Shown in pieces: positions 18,638-28,163 of a stretch of 64,000 bases of DNA. The notes below the pieces were generated by a model. It did no database searches, had not been told where the DNA came from, and worked only from the letters and a program-made list of their open reading frames with translations. The first letter of the stretch is position 1. Every line of letters starts with the position of its first letter. The position numbers and the translations under genes were made by a program. The stretch covers positions 130,906-194,905 of the forward strand of contig JARVKA010000004.1 in the NCBI GenBank assembly GCA_029775915.1, written 5' to 3'. The DNA is from Nitrososphaeria archaeon. GTDB lineage: Archaea; Thermoproteota; Nitrososphaeria; Nitrososphaerales; JANXEG01.

Positions 18638-19510
18638 TTGAAATTTTACTTAATTAAGTATAAAGTTAAGATTGTAAAAACTGAATATTGGAGGCCGAAT
18701 CATAATTACATTAACTCAATAATAAATTCTATACGTAAATTTGTGAAGGATGGTGATATTATAGTAATATCTGAGAAGGCTTTATGTGCAGCTGAAGGTA
18801 GGATTATTGATGAGTCAAAGATTAAACCAAGATTATTAGCAAAAGTGATTGCAAGATTTTGGATGAGATATGTATGGGGGTATATATTATCAAAATTGTG
18901 CCATCAAAAACCTTTAACGATACAAAGACTTCGCAATTACCCTAAAGAAGCGGAAGCTCATAAACAATTAGCATTAGGTTATTCAGGATTATTACAAGCT
19001 TTGAGGCACGGCTCAGAAGGTGGCATAGATGTTAGCAATTTGCCATACAGTTATGCATGCTTACCCTTACCCAATCCTAATCAAAAAGCTGAAGAGTTGA
19101 GAAAGATAATAAGTGAATCTCTTAACAAAAAGATTACTATAATGATCGTTGATACAGATATGACTTATAGTTGGAGAAATCTTCACTTTACCCCCCGCCC
19201 AAATGCTATTAAAGGTATCTTATCAGGTTGGGGTGTAATTACTTATGTAGTGTGTAGAGCATTGAAGATGAGGGCTAGAGCTACACCATTGGCTATAGCT
19301 GGAGAGCGATTGAGTGTAGAAGAAGCATTAAATATAGCTGAATTGGCTCATCATGCAAGAAAATCAGGAGCTGGTAAAACCGTTTGGGATATGGCTGAAA
19401 GTTTTCAAGTTGGTTTGACTGATGTGACTTGGGAGATGTTAGAGAGTGTGAAGCATTATCCAATTGTAATCGTTAGGAGGAAGAGTAAATTGGGAAATGG
19501 AGCTAAATAG
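18638..19510 (+). CDS. F420-0:gamma-glutamyl ligase (CofE)-like family protein
   Basis: ISEKALCAAEGRIIDE and GGIDVSN resemble the CofE/F420_ligase motifs (SK..S.AEGR, AGID.SN). It carries an insert between these motifs and starts 26 nt after the previous gene. The functional assignment is tentative. Confidence 0.5.
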   Translation: MKFYLIKYKVKIVKTEYWRPNHNYINSIINSIRKFVKDGDIIVISEKALCAAEGRIIDESKIKPRLLAKVIARFWMRYVWGYILSKLCHQKPLTIQRLRNYPKEAEAHKQLALGYSGLLQALRHGSEGGIDVSNLPYSYACLPLPNPNQKAEELRKIISESLNKKITIMIVDTDMTYSWRNLHFTPRPNAIKGILSGWGVITYVVCRALKMRARATPLAIAGERLSVEEALNIAELAHHARKSGAGKTVWDMAESFQVGLTDVTWEMLESVKHYPIVIVRRKSKLGNGAK

Positions 19511-19604
19511 ATTGGATTTTAAAGAAGACAAGCTAAATTTATTAACACTTTAAATGAAGCATTTTACGATAAATTTTAATATTTGAATTATTAAAGATTA
19601 AGCA

Positions 19605-21671
19605 ATGAACAAGCATATTGCGTATTTATTAATACTCACTATTTTGCTACTAACTCCACTTTCAAATCCTAATAATCAAATATCTTACGCTCAAGTATCA
19701 CTCTCAGTGAGTGTTTTAACGAATAAGAGTGTATATTCACGAGGTGAAGCTGTAATTATCTCAGGTTCAGTAATTGATAAAGATGGTAATGTGATCTCTG
19801 ATGCAACCATCGCTATTAATATAACCGATCCTATGAATAAAATCATTTATACAAAATCAATAAAATCGAAAGCTGATGGTTCATTTACCGATACTTACAC
19901 TTTATCAACATCAGCTTTAGGCGGTTCATATTTAATAACTGTAAAGGCGAGTAAGACTGGTTATACTACTGCGATTGCTCGCGCATCATTCACTCTTATC
20001 ATTCTCACTTTACAAACCAATAAAGACAAATACTCTCCTGGTGATACACTTATTGTATTTGGTGAAAGTGCTGTTAAGGATATTTTAACCATTCGGCTCT
20101 TTAACCCTCTTAACGCTCTCATAGCTTTGGCTCAAATTCAAGCTAATGAGACAGGCAAATATAGCGCGATAGTAACAAAGTGGCCTTCAGCGGATGGTAG
20201 ATTTCCAATTGGGAATTACACAATTAAGGTAACGTCAATAACTTATGAGAAGACTATTTCTAAATCAATTATATTTACCGCACCTATCACACCCACACCA
20301 CTTCCAATAACCTTCGATTTATACACTCAAAAAGGAGGTAGTGGTACAAGTCAAGATGGAGGAGTTTTTGAGGCTGAAAAAGAAGTAGTAAGATTAACTG
20401 TATTAATGAAAGAGGGTGCTCAATTTGTATCTGGTGCTATAATAAATATCACAGTTATCGATCCTAAAGGAAGTATTGTAACGAAAAATGTTCAAACCGA
20501 TGTGAATGGTACCGCCTCTTATGTTTACACTTTAACTGAAGATGCTTTAGAAGGTAACTATAAAGCATTAGCTACAATATCTTATAAAGGCAATATCTAT
20601 AAAGATAATGTTACATTTGCGGTAAGAGTTTTAAAACCATCCGTTGCTTTGATTATAGCTTTATCATCAACCACAATCGAATTGGGCAAAGATATAGATA
20701 TAACTGCTAGGGTTAATGTAGATGGCTCACCAAAAGAAGGAGTTGCTGTAACATACCTCATTATGGATCCAACTGGCAAGTTAATGTTGAATAAAAGTTC
20801 ATTAACGGATAATATGGGAAAGAGCGCTATATCTTATACATTACCAAAAGATGCTACAATAGGAGTTTATACAATCTCCGCTACAGCATCATATAAGAAG
20901 GTTGTAGCTACGGATAAAGTTGAGTTAAGAGTTATCTCACCACCAACACCTACTCCCACTCCCACACCAACACCAACTCCTACGCCAACTCCTACTCCAA
21001 CACCAACCCCAACACCAACACCTACTCCCACGCCAACCCCTACTCCTACTCCAACACCAACACCTACTCCTACACCAACTCCTACACCACCTAAAGGGCC
21101 TTGCATTATCGCTACTGCAACTTATGGTTCAGAACTCTCTCCTGAAGTTGATTTCTTAAGAAGTTTTAGAGATCGTATTGTATTATCAACATTTGCTGGT
21201 AGCAAATTTATGGAGCTTTTTAACGCTTGGTATTATTCATTTAGCCCAATTATTGCTGAATTCATATCTCATAATCAAATTATGAAGGAATTCACTAAAA
21301 TCATTCTTTATCCACTTTTAGGAATATTGCACTTTGGTGTTATTACAAATAATTTATTCAACTTTAATAATGAGTTAAGCGTTATTGTAACGGGCATAGT
21401 GGTAAGTGCTTTAATAGGGGTTGTTTACTTTGCACCAATAATTTTAACACCATTCTTCATTAAAAAAGGATTAAAGATGGCTATTTTGAAATTAAGATTG
21501 AGAATTCCTTTACTAATATGGATCGCAAGTATAATGATAGTCATTTTAGGAGAATTGACTTTATTACCAATTTTGATGATGATCGGTACTGGAGCTTTAG
21601 TATTATCCACAATAACATTAGTTGTATTCATTATAATTGTTAAAATTAGCGAGAAGAGCATAGTAGTTTAA
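19605..21671 (+). CDS. Large secreted/surface protein: signal peptide, five or so Ig-like beta-sandwich repeats, a (TP)n linker, and a Cys-led conserved module with multiple TM helices
   Basis: N-terminal signal-like segment (LLILTILLLTPLS). Recurring ~100-aa units end in ...G.Y.I.V.A/T...A. About 25 TP dipeptides follow, then CIIATATYGSELSPEVDFLRSFRD and about 4-5 hydrophobic helices. Confidence 0.7.
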   Translation: MNKHIAYLLILTILLLTPLSNPNNQISYAQVSLSVSVLTNKSVYSRGEAVIISGSVIDKDGNVISDATIAINITDPMNKIIYTKSIKSKADGSFTDTYTLSTSALGGSYLITVKASKTGYTTAIARASFTLIILTLQTNKDKYSPGDTLIVFGESAVKDILTIRLFNPLNALIALAQIQANETGKYSAIVTKWPSADGRFPIGNYTIKVTSITYEKTISKSIIFTAPITPTPLPITFDLYTQKGGSGTSQDGGVFEAEKEVVRLTVLMKEGAQFVSGAIINITVIDPKGSIVTKNVQTDVNGTASYVYTLTEDALEGNYKALATISYKGNIYKDNVTFAVRVLKPSVALIIALSSTTIELGKDIDITARVNVDGSPKEGVAVTYLIMDPTGKLMLNKSSLTDNMGKSAISYTLPKDATIGVYTISATASYKKVVATDKVELRVISPPTPTPTPTPTPTPTPTPTPTPTPTPTPTPTPTPTPTPTPTPTPTPTPTPPKGPCIIATATYGSELSPEVDFLRSFRDRIVLSTFAGSKFMELFNAWYYSFSPIIAEFISHNQIMKEFTKIILYPLLGILHFGVITNNLFNFNNELSVIVTGIVVSALIGVVYFAPIILTPFFIKKGLKMAILKLRLRIPLLIWIASIMIVILGELTLLPILMMIGTGALVLSTITLVVFIIIVKISEKSIVV
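20940..21093 (+). repeat. Low-complexity coding repeat: about 25 consecutive Thr-Pro dipeptides, with synonymous codons scrambled
   Basis: The DNA reads acN-ccN repeatedly but alternates aca/act/acc/acg and cca/cct/ccc, so the nucleotide repeat is imperfect while the peptide repeat is perfect. Confidence 0.9.
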
Positions 21672-21727
21672 GTTAAGATATTTATTAACCATCCTTTGTT
21701 ACAAGAGATATTGAGGGGTGACAAAAT

Positions 21728-22795
21728 TTGGATATTGAGACAAGGATTGGGTTGATGTTAAAAACTCCTACTGAAGAAGTTATCACATTAGAGGATCTTA
21801 AAGCTTTATTTGAGACTACAACTCATCCAAAGCATTATATTGGATTAGAGTTATCTGGTCTATTACATTTAGGGAGTCTTATAGTAAGTGGGCTTAAAAT
21901 TAATGATTTTTTAAAAGCTGGTGTTAAATGCACAATCTTTCTTGCAGATTGGCATAGCTATATCAATAATAAATTGGGTGGTGATTGGGAACGAATTAAA
22001 AAAGCATCTAAGTATTATAGTGAGGCATTTCTTTACTTTTGTCCAGGTTGTGAAATAATTTTAGGCTCAGATCTTTATCGAGGTAATGATGAATATTGGA
22101 TGAATTTAATTCGATTCAGTAAGCAAATAACACTTGCAAGAAATGTAAGATGCTTAACGATTATGGGAAGAAGCGAGAAGGAGAAATTAGATTTTGCACA
22201 ATATATTTACCCAATTATGCAAAGTGTTGATATAAAGGCTTTGAATGTAGATATAGCACACTCAGGTATGGATCAAAGAAAAGTGCATGTATTAGCTAGA
22301 GAGGTTTTTCCAAAACTCGGTTGGAAACCTCCAATTGCTATTCATCATAGCTTACTACCTGGATTGGCTGAACCTGTGAGTATGGGTTTAGATGAGGATG
22401 CAAAATCCGACTTAATTATATCGAGTAAAATGAGTAAATCAAAGCCATGGACATGCATCTTTATTCACGATTCCAAAGATGAGATTAAGCGTAAGTTGAG
22501 AAAAGCGTGGTGCCCTGAAGGTATTGTGGAAAATAATCCAATCTTAGAGATTGCTCGTAGCATTATCTTTCATGAGCGGGAATCCTTACATATAGATCGC
22601 TCTTCAAAGTATGGTGGCCCTATAACCTTTTATAGCTATAATGAGTTAGAAAAAGCTTATAAAAATAAAGAAATTCATCCCGCAGATTTGAAAGAAGCAA
22701 TTTCTGAGGAGATTGATAAAATTATTGCTCCTATTCGAAATTATTTTGAGAATAAAAAGGAGTTATTAGAAGCTTTCCAAATTGGTGATGATTAA
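21728..22795 (+). CDS. tyrS: Tyrosyl-tRNA synthetase (class I, archaeal type)
   Basis: HIGH-type motif (GLLHLGS), ADWHSYINNK, and the KMSKS motif present literally (KMSKSKP). 355 aa. TrpRS is the alternative, but KMSKS plus the AD.H..LN pattern favour TyrRS. TTG start. Confidence 0.72.
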   Translation: MDIETRIGLMLKTPTEEVITLEDLKALFETTTHPKHYIGLELSGLLHLGSLIVSGLKINDFLKAGVKCTIFLADWHSYINNKLGGDWERIKKASKYYSEAFLYFCPGCEIILGSDLYRGNDEYWMNLIRFSKQITLARNVRCLTIMGRSEKEKLDFAQYIYPIMQSVDIKALNVDIAHSGMDQRKVHVLAREVFPKLGWKPPIAIHHSLLPGLAEPVSMGLDEDAKSDLIISSKMSKSKPWTCIFIHDSKDEIKRKLRKAWCPEGIVENNPILEIARSIIFHERESLHIDRSSKYGGPITFYSYNELEKAYKNKEIHPADLKEAISEEIDKIIAPIRNYFENKKELLEAFQIGDD

Positions 22796-22905
22796 TATTA
22801 CATTAATGATTGTAAAAATTTTGATTCTCAAGTTTTATTCTATTTGGAAACTTATAATAGAATTTATTTGTGAGTTTATTATATAAAAATAATGAGAATT
22901 CAAAA

Positions 22906-24228
22906 TTAAGATATTAATGAAAGAGCTTTTGGAAGAACTTCAATCCCTCGAAGTATGCCTAAACTCCCTTTTGATGCATCACGCTCTGTAAAACGGCAAG
23001 TGTTATCATGTTTAATTCGCTTATTAACCATTAAGAGCGGTACGGGATCGTCACTATGAGCTTTCAATTGGCAAGGTGTAGAATGATCCGATGAAATTAT
23101 AAGTAAGACTTCATAAAGATTTAATTGAGAAGCAAGTTTTGAAAAGAATTTTTGATCAATCTCCTCAATTACCCTCTTTTTCATTTTTGCATCTCCATCA
23201 TGTCCAGGTTCATCAGGCCCTTTTAAATGAACGTAAACTCCATCAAAACTTTTTAAAAGATTCAACGCAGTATCAGCCTTTTTCTCATAATCTCTTAACC
23301 CGCCAGCTTTTACAACCTCCATACCAATCAAGCGAGCAATTCCTATCTCCACGGGAAGATCAGCAATACATGTAAATTTTATTCCAAATTTTTCATAAAG
23401 GGATGGTATTTTTGGGATTTGATTTCCAGCATCTCTTAAGAGAATGGCATTTGCAGGCTTTTTACCTTCTTTTACACGCTTTAAATTGATTGGATGTGAT
23501 TTAAGAACTTTTATAACTTTATCTGAAAAATCATTAACTAAGGATGCGGATAATTTTGAAGATTCTCCATTATCCAATGGTGTGCATTTTTGAAGGCTTT
23601 TTGGATAATCAGTTTCACTTATAACACCCATTCCACCCATGCGTGTATAAGCTGGATCTGTGTTAGAGATATTTGCAGAAAGATTTACACCTTCAACTTT
23701 AAATACTACAATGCAACGATGACCAACTGTTGGTAAAAAATCGAAACTCGCACCTTTATGGGAAAGCTTTACGCTTTTTTTAATAGCTTCCGCTAATTCA
23801 ATAGCTTCACCACTCGAAATATCTCTACCAGCACGGCGATCAATAATAAACAAATTTTCATCAATAGTAGCAAAATTCCCTCTAAGTGCTAAGTATCCAT
23901 CACGAAAATCCATACCTGCACCTATCGCTTCAACAACACCTCTACCAATATAACCTGATGAGAAATCGTAGCTTAACATACTAAATACTGCAATATCAGA
24001 TTCGGGAGAAATTCCTTTACCCACTGAATACACCAATCCGCTCACACCCAATCTTGCTAAAGAGTCTAAATTTGGAGTATATGCTGCATCTAAAGGCGTG
24101 ACAAAATTTAATGTAGGATTTGGTAAATCTCCAACACCATCCAATAATACGTATAATAATTTAGCCAATAATCCCACCGATATGGATATGTGAACTAATA
24201 TAATAAATATACCTTGAGCTAAATTCAA
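22906..24228 (-). CDS. apgM: Cofactor-independent phosphoglycerate mutase, archaeal ApgM type
   Basis: LLDGVGD N-terminal motif, metalloenzyme-superfamily pattern and a C-terminal SSDHSTP...HSDDPVP. The annotated TTG start adds a hydrophobic 17-aa leader. The GTG at 24177 (MGLLAKLLYVLLDGVGD) is the more likely start. Confidence 0.85.
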   Translation of the reverse strand: MNLAQGIFIILVHISISVGLLAKLLYVLLDGVGDLPNPTLNFVTPLDAAYTPNLDSLARLGVSGLVYSVGKGISPESDIAVFSMLSYDFSSGYIGRGVVEAIGAGMDFRDGYLALRGNFATIDENLFIIDRRAGRDISSGEAIELAEAIKKSVKLSHKGASFDFLPTVGHRCIVVFKVEGVNLSANISNTDPAYTRMGGMGVISETDYPKSLQKCTPLDNGESSKLSASLVNDFSDKVIKVLKSHPINLKRVKEGKKPANAILLRDAGNQIPKIPSLYEKFGIKFTCIADLPVEIGIARLIGMEVVKAGGLRDYEKKADTALNLLKSFDGVYVHLKGPDEPGHDGDAKMKKRVIEEIDQKFFSKLASQLNLYEVLLIISSDHSTPCQLKAHSDDPVPLLMVNKRIKHDNTCRFTERDASKGSLGILRGIEVLPKALSLIS

Positions 24229-24302
24229 TAATTATAACAATTAAGGAGCAAAAATATGGAAAGGTTTAAACATATAATTTATTAAAAATAAATTGAACTG
24301 AT

Positions 24303-25346
24303 TTGGCTGAGTTAAGAAAAGATTACTTTTTAGATCGATTTACAATTATCTCAACTGAACGTGCGAATAGACCTTTTGAATTTCAATCACCACCAGTAAA
24401 AGAGGAAGAAAAATGCCCATTCTGCCCTGGTAATGAATCCCAAACCCCTCCAGCAGAGTTAGTATTGGTCTTAAGAGAGGGTTCACTTATAAAACTCTCC
24501 GATTTAGAAGGAGAGCCTATTCGTGATTGGTGTGTTAGAGTCTTTCCCAATCAATACCCAGCTGTAAGTGTAAGTAGTGCAGAAGTATATGGGAATGATC
24601 CACTTTACAGTGAACCAGCATATGGATATCATTACATAATTGTAGCTACACCGAATCATAATGAAGCTTTTTCTCAAATGAGTGTTGAGCAATGGATTAA
24701 TATATTAACTACAGTTCAAGATAGGGTTCGTTGGTTATATAGCAAAAAACGTGTTTCATATGTTTCTATATTCATAAATTATGGTAAAGATGCTGGAGCT
24801 TCACAATCACACCCTCATCTTCAACTCTTAACACTCCCACGCCTCCCTCCAATAATTGAGCAAGAGGCTCTTGCAGTTCAAAAATCTATGCAGGAGTTAG
24901 GGATTTGCCGTATGTGTTCAATTTTAAATGTGGAGTCTGGTGGGCCTCGACAAATACTTACTACAAGCTCATTTGTAGCTTTTTGCCCATGGGCGCCTCG
25001 CCACTCTTTTGAATTTTGGATTTTTCCAAAGCGGCATCAAGTTAGCTTTTTACGTACCACTCAAAAAGATATTAAAGATCTCGCTATAATACTCCGTGCT
25101 ACATTAGGTGGATTGGCAAAAGCATTAAATAATCCATCATTCAATTTAGTTTTTCACACATCTTCTGAAAAGAAAGCTACTCGTCAAATCCATTGGCATA
25201 TTGAGGTTTATCCTCAAATTGAAAAATGGGCTGGTTTTGAGAGAGGAAATGGTATGTATATTGTTCAAGTATCACCAGAGCGAGCAGCAGAAATCTTAAG
25301 TTCAGCATCTAAAAGAGAGTTAGCTGGGTTATTAGGTGCAATATAA
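24303..25346 (+). CDS. galT: Galactose-1-phosphate uridylyltransferase-like (GalT/HIT superfamily) nucleotidyltransferase
   Basis: N-terminal Zn site CPFCPGNE and the HIT-type active site SQSHPHLQL. 347 aa. TTG start. Confidence 0.72.
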   Translation: MAELRKDYFLDRFTIISTERANRPFEFQSPPVKEEEKCPFCPGNESQTPPAELVLVLREGSLIKLSDLEGEPIRDWCVRVFPNQYPAVSVSSAEVYGNDPLYSEPAYGYHYIIVATPNHNEAFSQMSVEQWINILTTVQDRVRWLYSKKRVSYVSIFINYGKDAGASQSHPHLQLLTLPRLPPIIEQEALAVQKSMQELGICRMCSILNVESGGPRQILTTSSFVAFCPWAPRHSFEFWIFPKRHQVSFLRTTQKDIKDLAIILRATLGGLAKALNNPSFNLVFHTSSEKKATRQIHWHIEVYPQIEKWAGFERGNGMYIVQVSPERAAEILSSASKRELAGLLGAI

Positions 25347-25347
25347 A

Positions 25348-26433
25348 TTATATTAAATTTTTACAAAATCTTTCTACATACTTCAACCTCCTCTCTAAAG
25401 TTACTTTTAATCGATCAATATTTGGTATGGGTTTAGGATCCATACCTCTTAAAATAGCAGAGTAAATGGATGCGAAGTCAAGAATGTATATTGCTGACAT
25501 TATATAATCCAAATTAGATTCACCCTTTGCAATAACTTCTATTATCTCAACACCAGATTCTTCAATAATCTCCTTAATCGCATTGAATCTTTCTAAAACT
25601 TCAATAGGCTCATTTGGATATCTAATGAATAATGGCCTCCAACCCTCTAAACCATTTTTCAACCAAGCTGCAAGATCGTTATGACATAACTCAGGCAAAA
25701 TCTCCACCAAAGCATGAATCTTTGCGTTTTCATTCAAAGAATTTTTAAATCGAATTGCAGCGGAACGATGAAGATTTGAAGCGTAAATTATAGGGATGCA
25801 TAAATGAATCCAATCGGCTATTCGCTTTGAAATATTTTGCTCCAAATCAACATTAGGCATAAGTGTTTTACTAATATCTTTCAATACATTTATTGAATTT
25901 TGTAATTCATTAGTAAAGTCATTAATTAAGTTTGATTTGATCAAAATCTTAGCTGAAGTGTAAAACATGTAAGGTAATGATGATCTTGGTGTGAGTAACA
26001 TTTTAATCTTAGTGTGATGAATGCCTTTTCTCTTACTAACTTCTTCTAATATACCTCCAGATGATATCGTTGTAATAATTGCATTTATCTTCAATGCTTC
26101 AGATAATATGCTAAGTGCTTCTTCAGTATCGCCTGAGCAACTTATAACTAATATAAAACTTCTTCGATTAATGAATTTTGGTAAATGATAATCCTTAATC
26201 ACGTGGATAGGAATATCAACTTTAAATTGAAGCCAATCTTGAATAATATCACCAATAATACCTGAGCCGCCCATACCTCCAATAATGATTCTATCAACTT
26301 CAATATTCTCTGGACATTTTACCTCTATCTTTAATGCTTCATTAGCATGATTCGGCCAATCGATATAATCACGATGAAGACCGAATCGATCAATTCTTTC
26401 AACCTCTTCAAATTCAAGTACCATAAATATCAA
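25348..26433 (-). CDS. Bifunctional phosphoglucose/phosphomannose isomerase (SIS-domain, crenarchaeal PGI/PMI type)
   Basis: SIS motifs GGMGGSGIIGD and ISCSGDTEE. The ~360-aa two-SIS architecture fits, and it lies adjacent to sugar-nucleotide genes. Confidence 0.68.
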   Translation of the reverse strand: MIFMVLEFEEVERIDRFGLHRDYIDWPNHANEALKIEVKCPENIEVDRIIIGGMGGSGIIGDIIQDWLQFKVDIPIHVIKDYHLPKFINRRSFILVISCSGDTEEALSILSEALKINAIITTISSGGILEEVSKRKGIHHTKIKMLLTPRSSLPYMFYTSAKILIKSNLINDFTNELQNSINVLKDISKTLMPNVDLEQNISKRIADWIHLCIPIIYASNLHRSAAIRFKNSLNENAKIHALVEILPELCHNDLAAWLKNGLEGWRPLFIRYPNEPIEVLERFNAIKEIIEESGVEIIEVIAKGESNLDYIMSAIYILDFASIYSAILRGMDPKPIPNIDRLKVTLERRLKYVERFCKNLI

Positions 26434-26455
26434 CCCTTCATATTTATTATTTAAA

Positions 26456-27166
26456 TTACAAAATCTTGCCCAATTTTCTTAAATACTTCTCATATGCATC
26501 AATGTATGTTTTTTTATCACCTATATCTATAAATTCACCCTTTGTTATGTAACCATAAATGCGCTCTTTAGCTTTTAAAGCATTTTTAAAAGCATCATTC
26601 ATACCATACATAACACCTTCAGGTATGTATTTAAGAAAATTAGGTTCCATAATATAGCAACCAGTATTTATCAAACCGCTCACTTTAGGCTTTTCTCTCC
26701 ATTTTTTAACAGCACCATCATTATCAATTTCGATAAAGCCATACCTTAAGGATATTTTATAAGGTTTGAGAATAATAGTTGCTAACGCATTTTTATCCTT
26801 ATGAAAATTTAATGCATCCTTTAAATTGAGATTTAAAATAGTATCACCATATACGCAAATAAATGTTCCATCAATATACTTCTCAGCTACTTTTAATTGA
26901 CCTGCTGTACCTAAAGGTTTTTTAGCGTGAGCATAATTGATTCGAACTCCCAATTCGTGACCATCTTCGAAATAACCCTCAATAAACATCTTCAAATACT
27001 CAACTGAGATAATAATATCACGTATACCATTATCCCTTAACCACTCAATTATATGCTCAAGAACTGGTTTATGTCCAAGAGGTAGCATTGGTTTTGGTAG
27101 AAAGAGAGTATACGGTCTTAATCGAGTTCCTAAACCTCCAGCAAGTATTACCGCTTTTAACAACAT
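26456..27166 (-). CDS. Sugar-1-phosphate nucleotidyltransferase (NDP-sugar pyrophosphorylase)
   Basis: N-terminal AVILAGGLGTRLRPYT signature. Length is 236 aa. Confidence 0.85.
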   Translation of the reverse strand: MLLKAVILAGGLGTRLRPYTLFLPKPMLPLGHKPVLEHIIEWLRDNGIRDIIISVEYLKMFIEGYFEDGHELGVRINYAHAKKPLGTAGQLKVAEKYIDGTFICVYGDTILNLNLKDALNFHKDKNALATIILKPYKISLRYGFIEIDNDGAVKKWREKPKVSGLINTGCYIMEPNFLKYIPEGVMYGMNDAFKNALKAKERIYGYITKGEFIDIGDKKTYIDAYEKYLRKLGKIL

Positions 27167-27257
27167 TCATCAATACCTCATAATCATTTTTCACAACACA
27201 TATAGTTAAGTCTTAACTCCCAAATTAATTAATAAATTCAATAAATCACATCGATTT

Positions 27258-28136
27258 TTATTTAAATAATAAAGTATCTATCATCATAGCAATAAATATT
27301 AAAGCAAGATATGGGCTTGAGAATTTAAATAATATCCAAGCTCTTTCTTTAGTTGGCTTGATAAAAAGTTGTAAACTCAATAAAAGCGTTAATCCTCCTA
27401 AAATCAAAGCCATGATGAGATAAATAGTGCTGAATATATTGAGCAAATATGGCAATATGCTGAATATAACCATAAGTAAAGATGTTGATCCTAAGCATCT
27501 TATAGCTACTTTTTCACTTACAACTACTGGTAGCATTGGTACTTTCGCAATCTTATAATCATCTTTATATCTAATGGCAAGGCTCCATATGTGAGTAGGA
27601 ATCCATAAAACTACTAACGCTGCCATAATGAGTGAAATAATATCAATAACACCTTTCACAGCTGAGTAACCGATTAAAGTTGGTATACCACCAGAGAAAC
27701 CACCAACAATTATATTAATTGGATTTCTCCTCTTGAATATTTTACTATATATTATAACGTTATCAAATATGCCTAGTATCATTAAAATGAGTATTAATGG
27801 ACTTAAAATGTATGATGTGATGAAGGATAAGATTACAAGAGTTATACCAAAGTAAAGCGCTTTAATAGCTGGGTAAATTCTTTTAGAGGGTAAAGGTCTT
27901 AATCTTGTTCGATTCATAACGCTATCAATATCTCTATCAATGTAATTTGTAAGAGTATTAGCTCCAGCAGAACCGAGTGTAACAGCGATTATCATAAGAA
28001 GTAAGCGATCATAAGGAATAAAACCTTCACTTGCAACTATGAAAGCACCGAAAGCTGTAAATAAGAGTAAAAACCAAACTTTTGGCTTCGTTACCTCAAT
28101 ATAATTTATAATACTATTCAAAATGGTTGGGGGCAT
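27258..28136 (-). CDS. ctaB: Protoheme IX farnesyltransferase (heme O synthase), UbiA superfamily
   Basis: YIEVTKPKVWFLLL start, NYIDRDIDSVMNRTRLRPLP Asp-rich motif and about 8-9 TM helices. Confidence 0.7.
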   Translation of the reverse strand: MPPTILNSIINYIEVTKPKVWFLLLFTAFGAFIVASEGFIPYDRLLLMIIAVTLGSAGANTLTNYIDRDIDSVMNRTRLRPLPSKRIYPAIKALYFGITLVILSFITSYILSPLILILMILGIFDNVIIYSKIFKRRNPINIIVGGFSGGIPTLIGYSAVKGVIDIISLIMAALVVLWIPTHIWSLAIRYKDDYKIAKVPMLPVVVSEKVAIRCLGSTSLLMVIFSILPYLLNIFSTIYLIMALILGGLTLLLSLQLFIKPTKERAWILFKFSSPYLALIFIAMMIDTLLFK

Positions 28137-28163
28137 ACTTAAAGCTAAATGATTTATTAAAAG

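Noticed and set aside
20867-21106. A minus-strand ORF encoding (GV)n, and the idea that the repetitive block might be a CRISPR or microsatellite.
   Set aside because: It is the antisense reading of the (TP)n linker of the surface-protein gene. There are no spacer/repeat units or exact tandem DNA repeats.
22837-22863. An 8-bp inverted repeat (ATTCTATT ... AATAGAAT) between the convergent tyrS and apgM genes, considered as a bidirectional terminator.
   Set aside because: The stem is short and purely A/T-rich with an 11-nt loop. Archaeal termination relies mainly on oligo-T tracts, so the support is too weak to call a feature.
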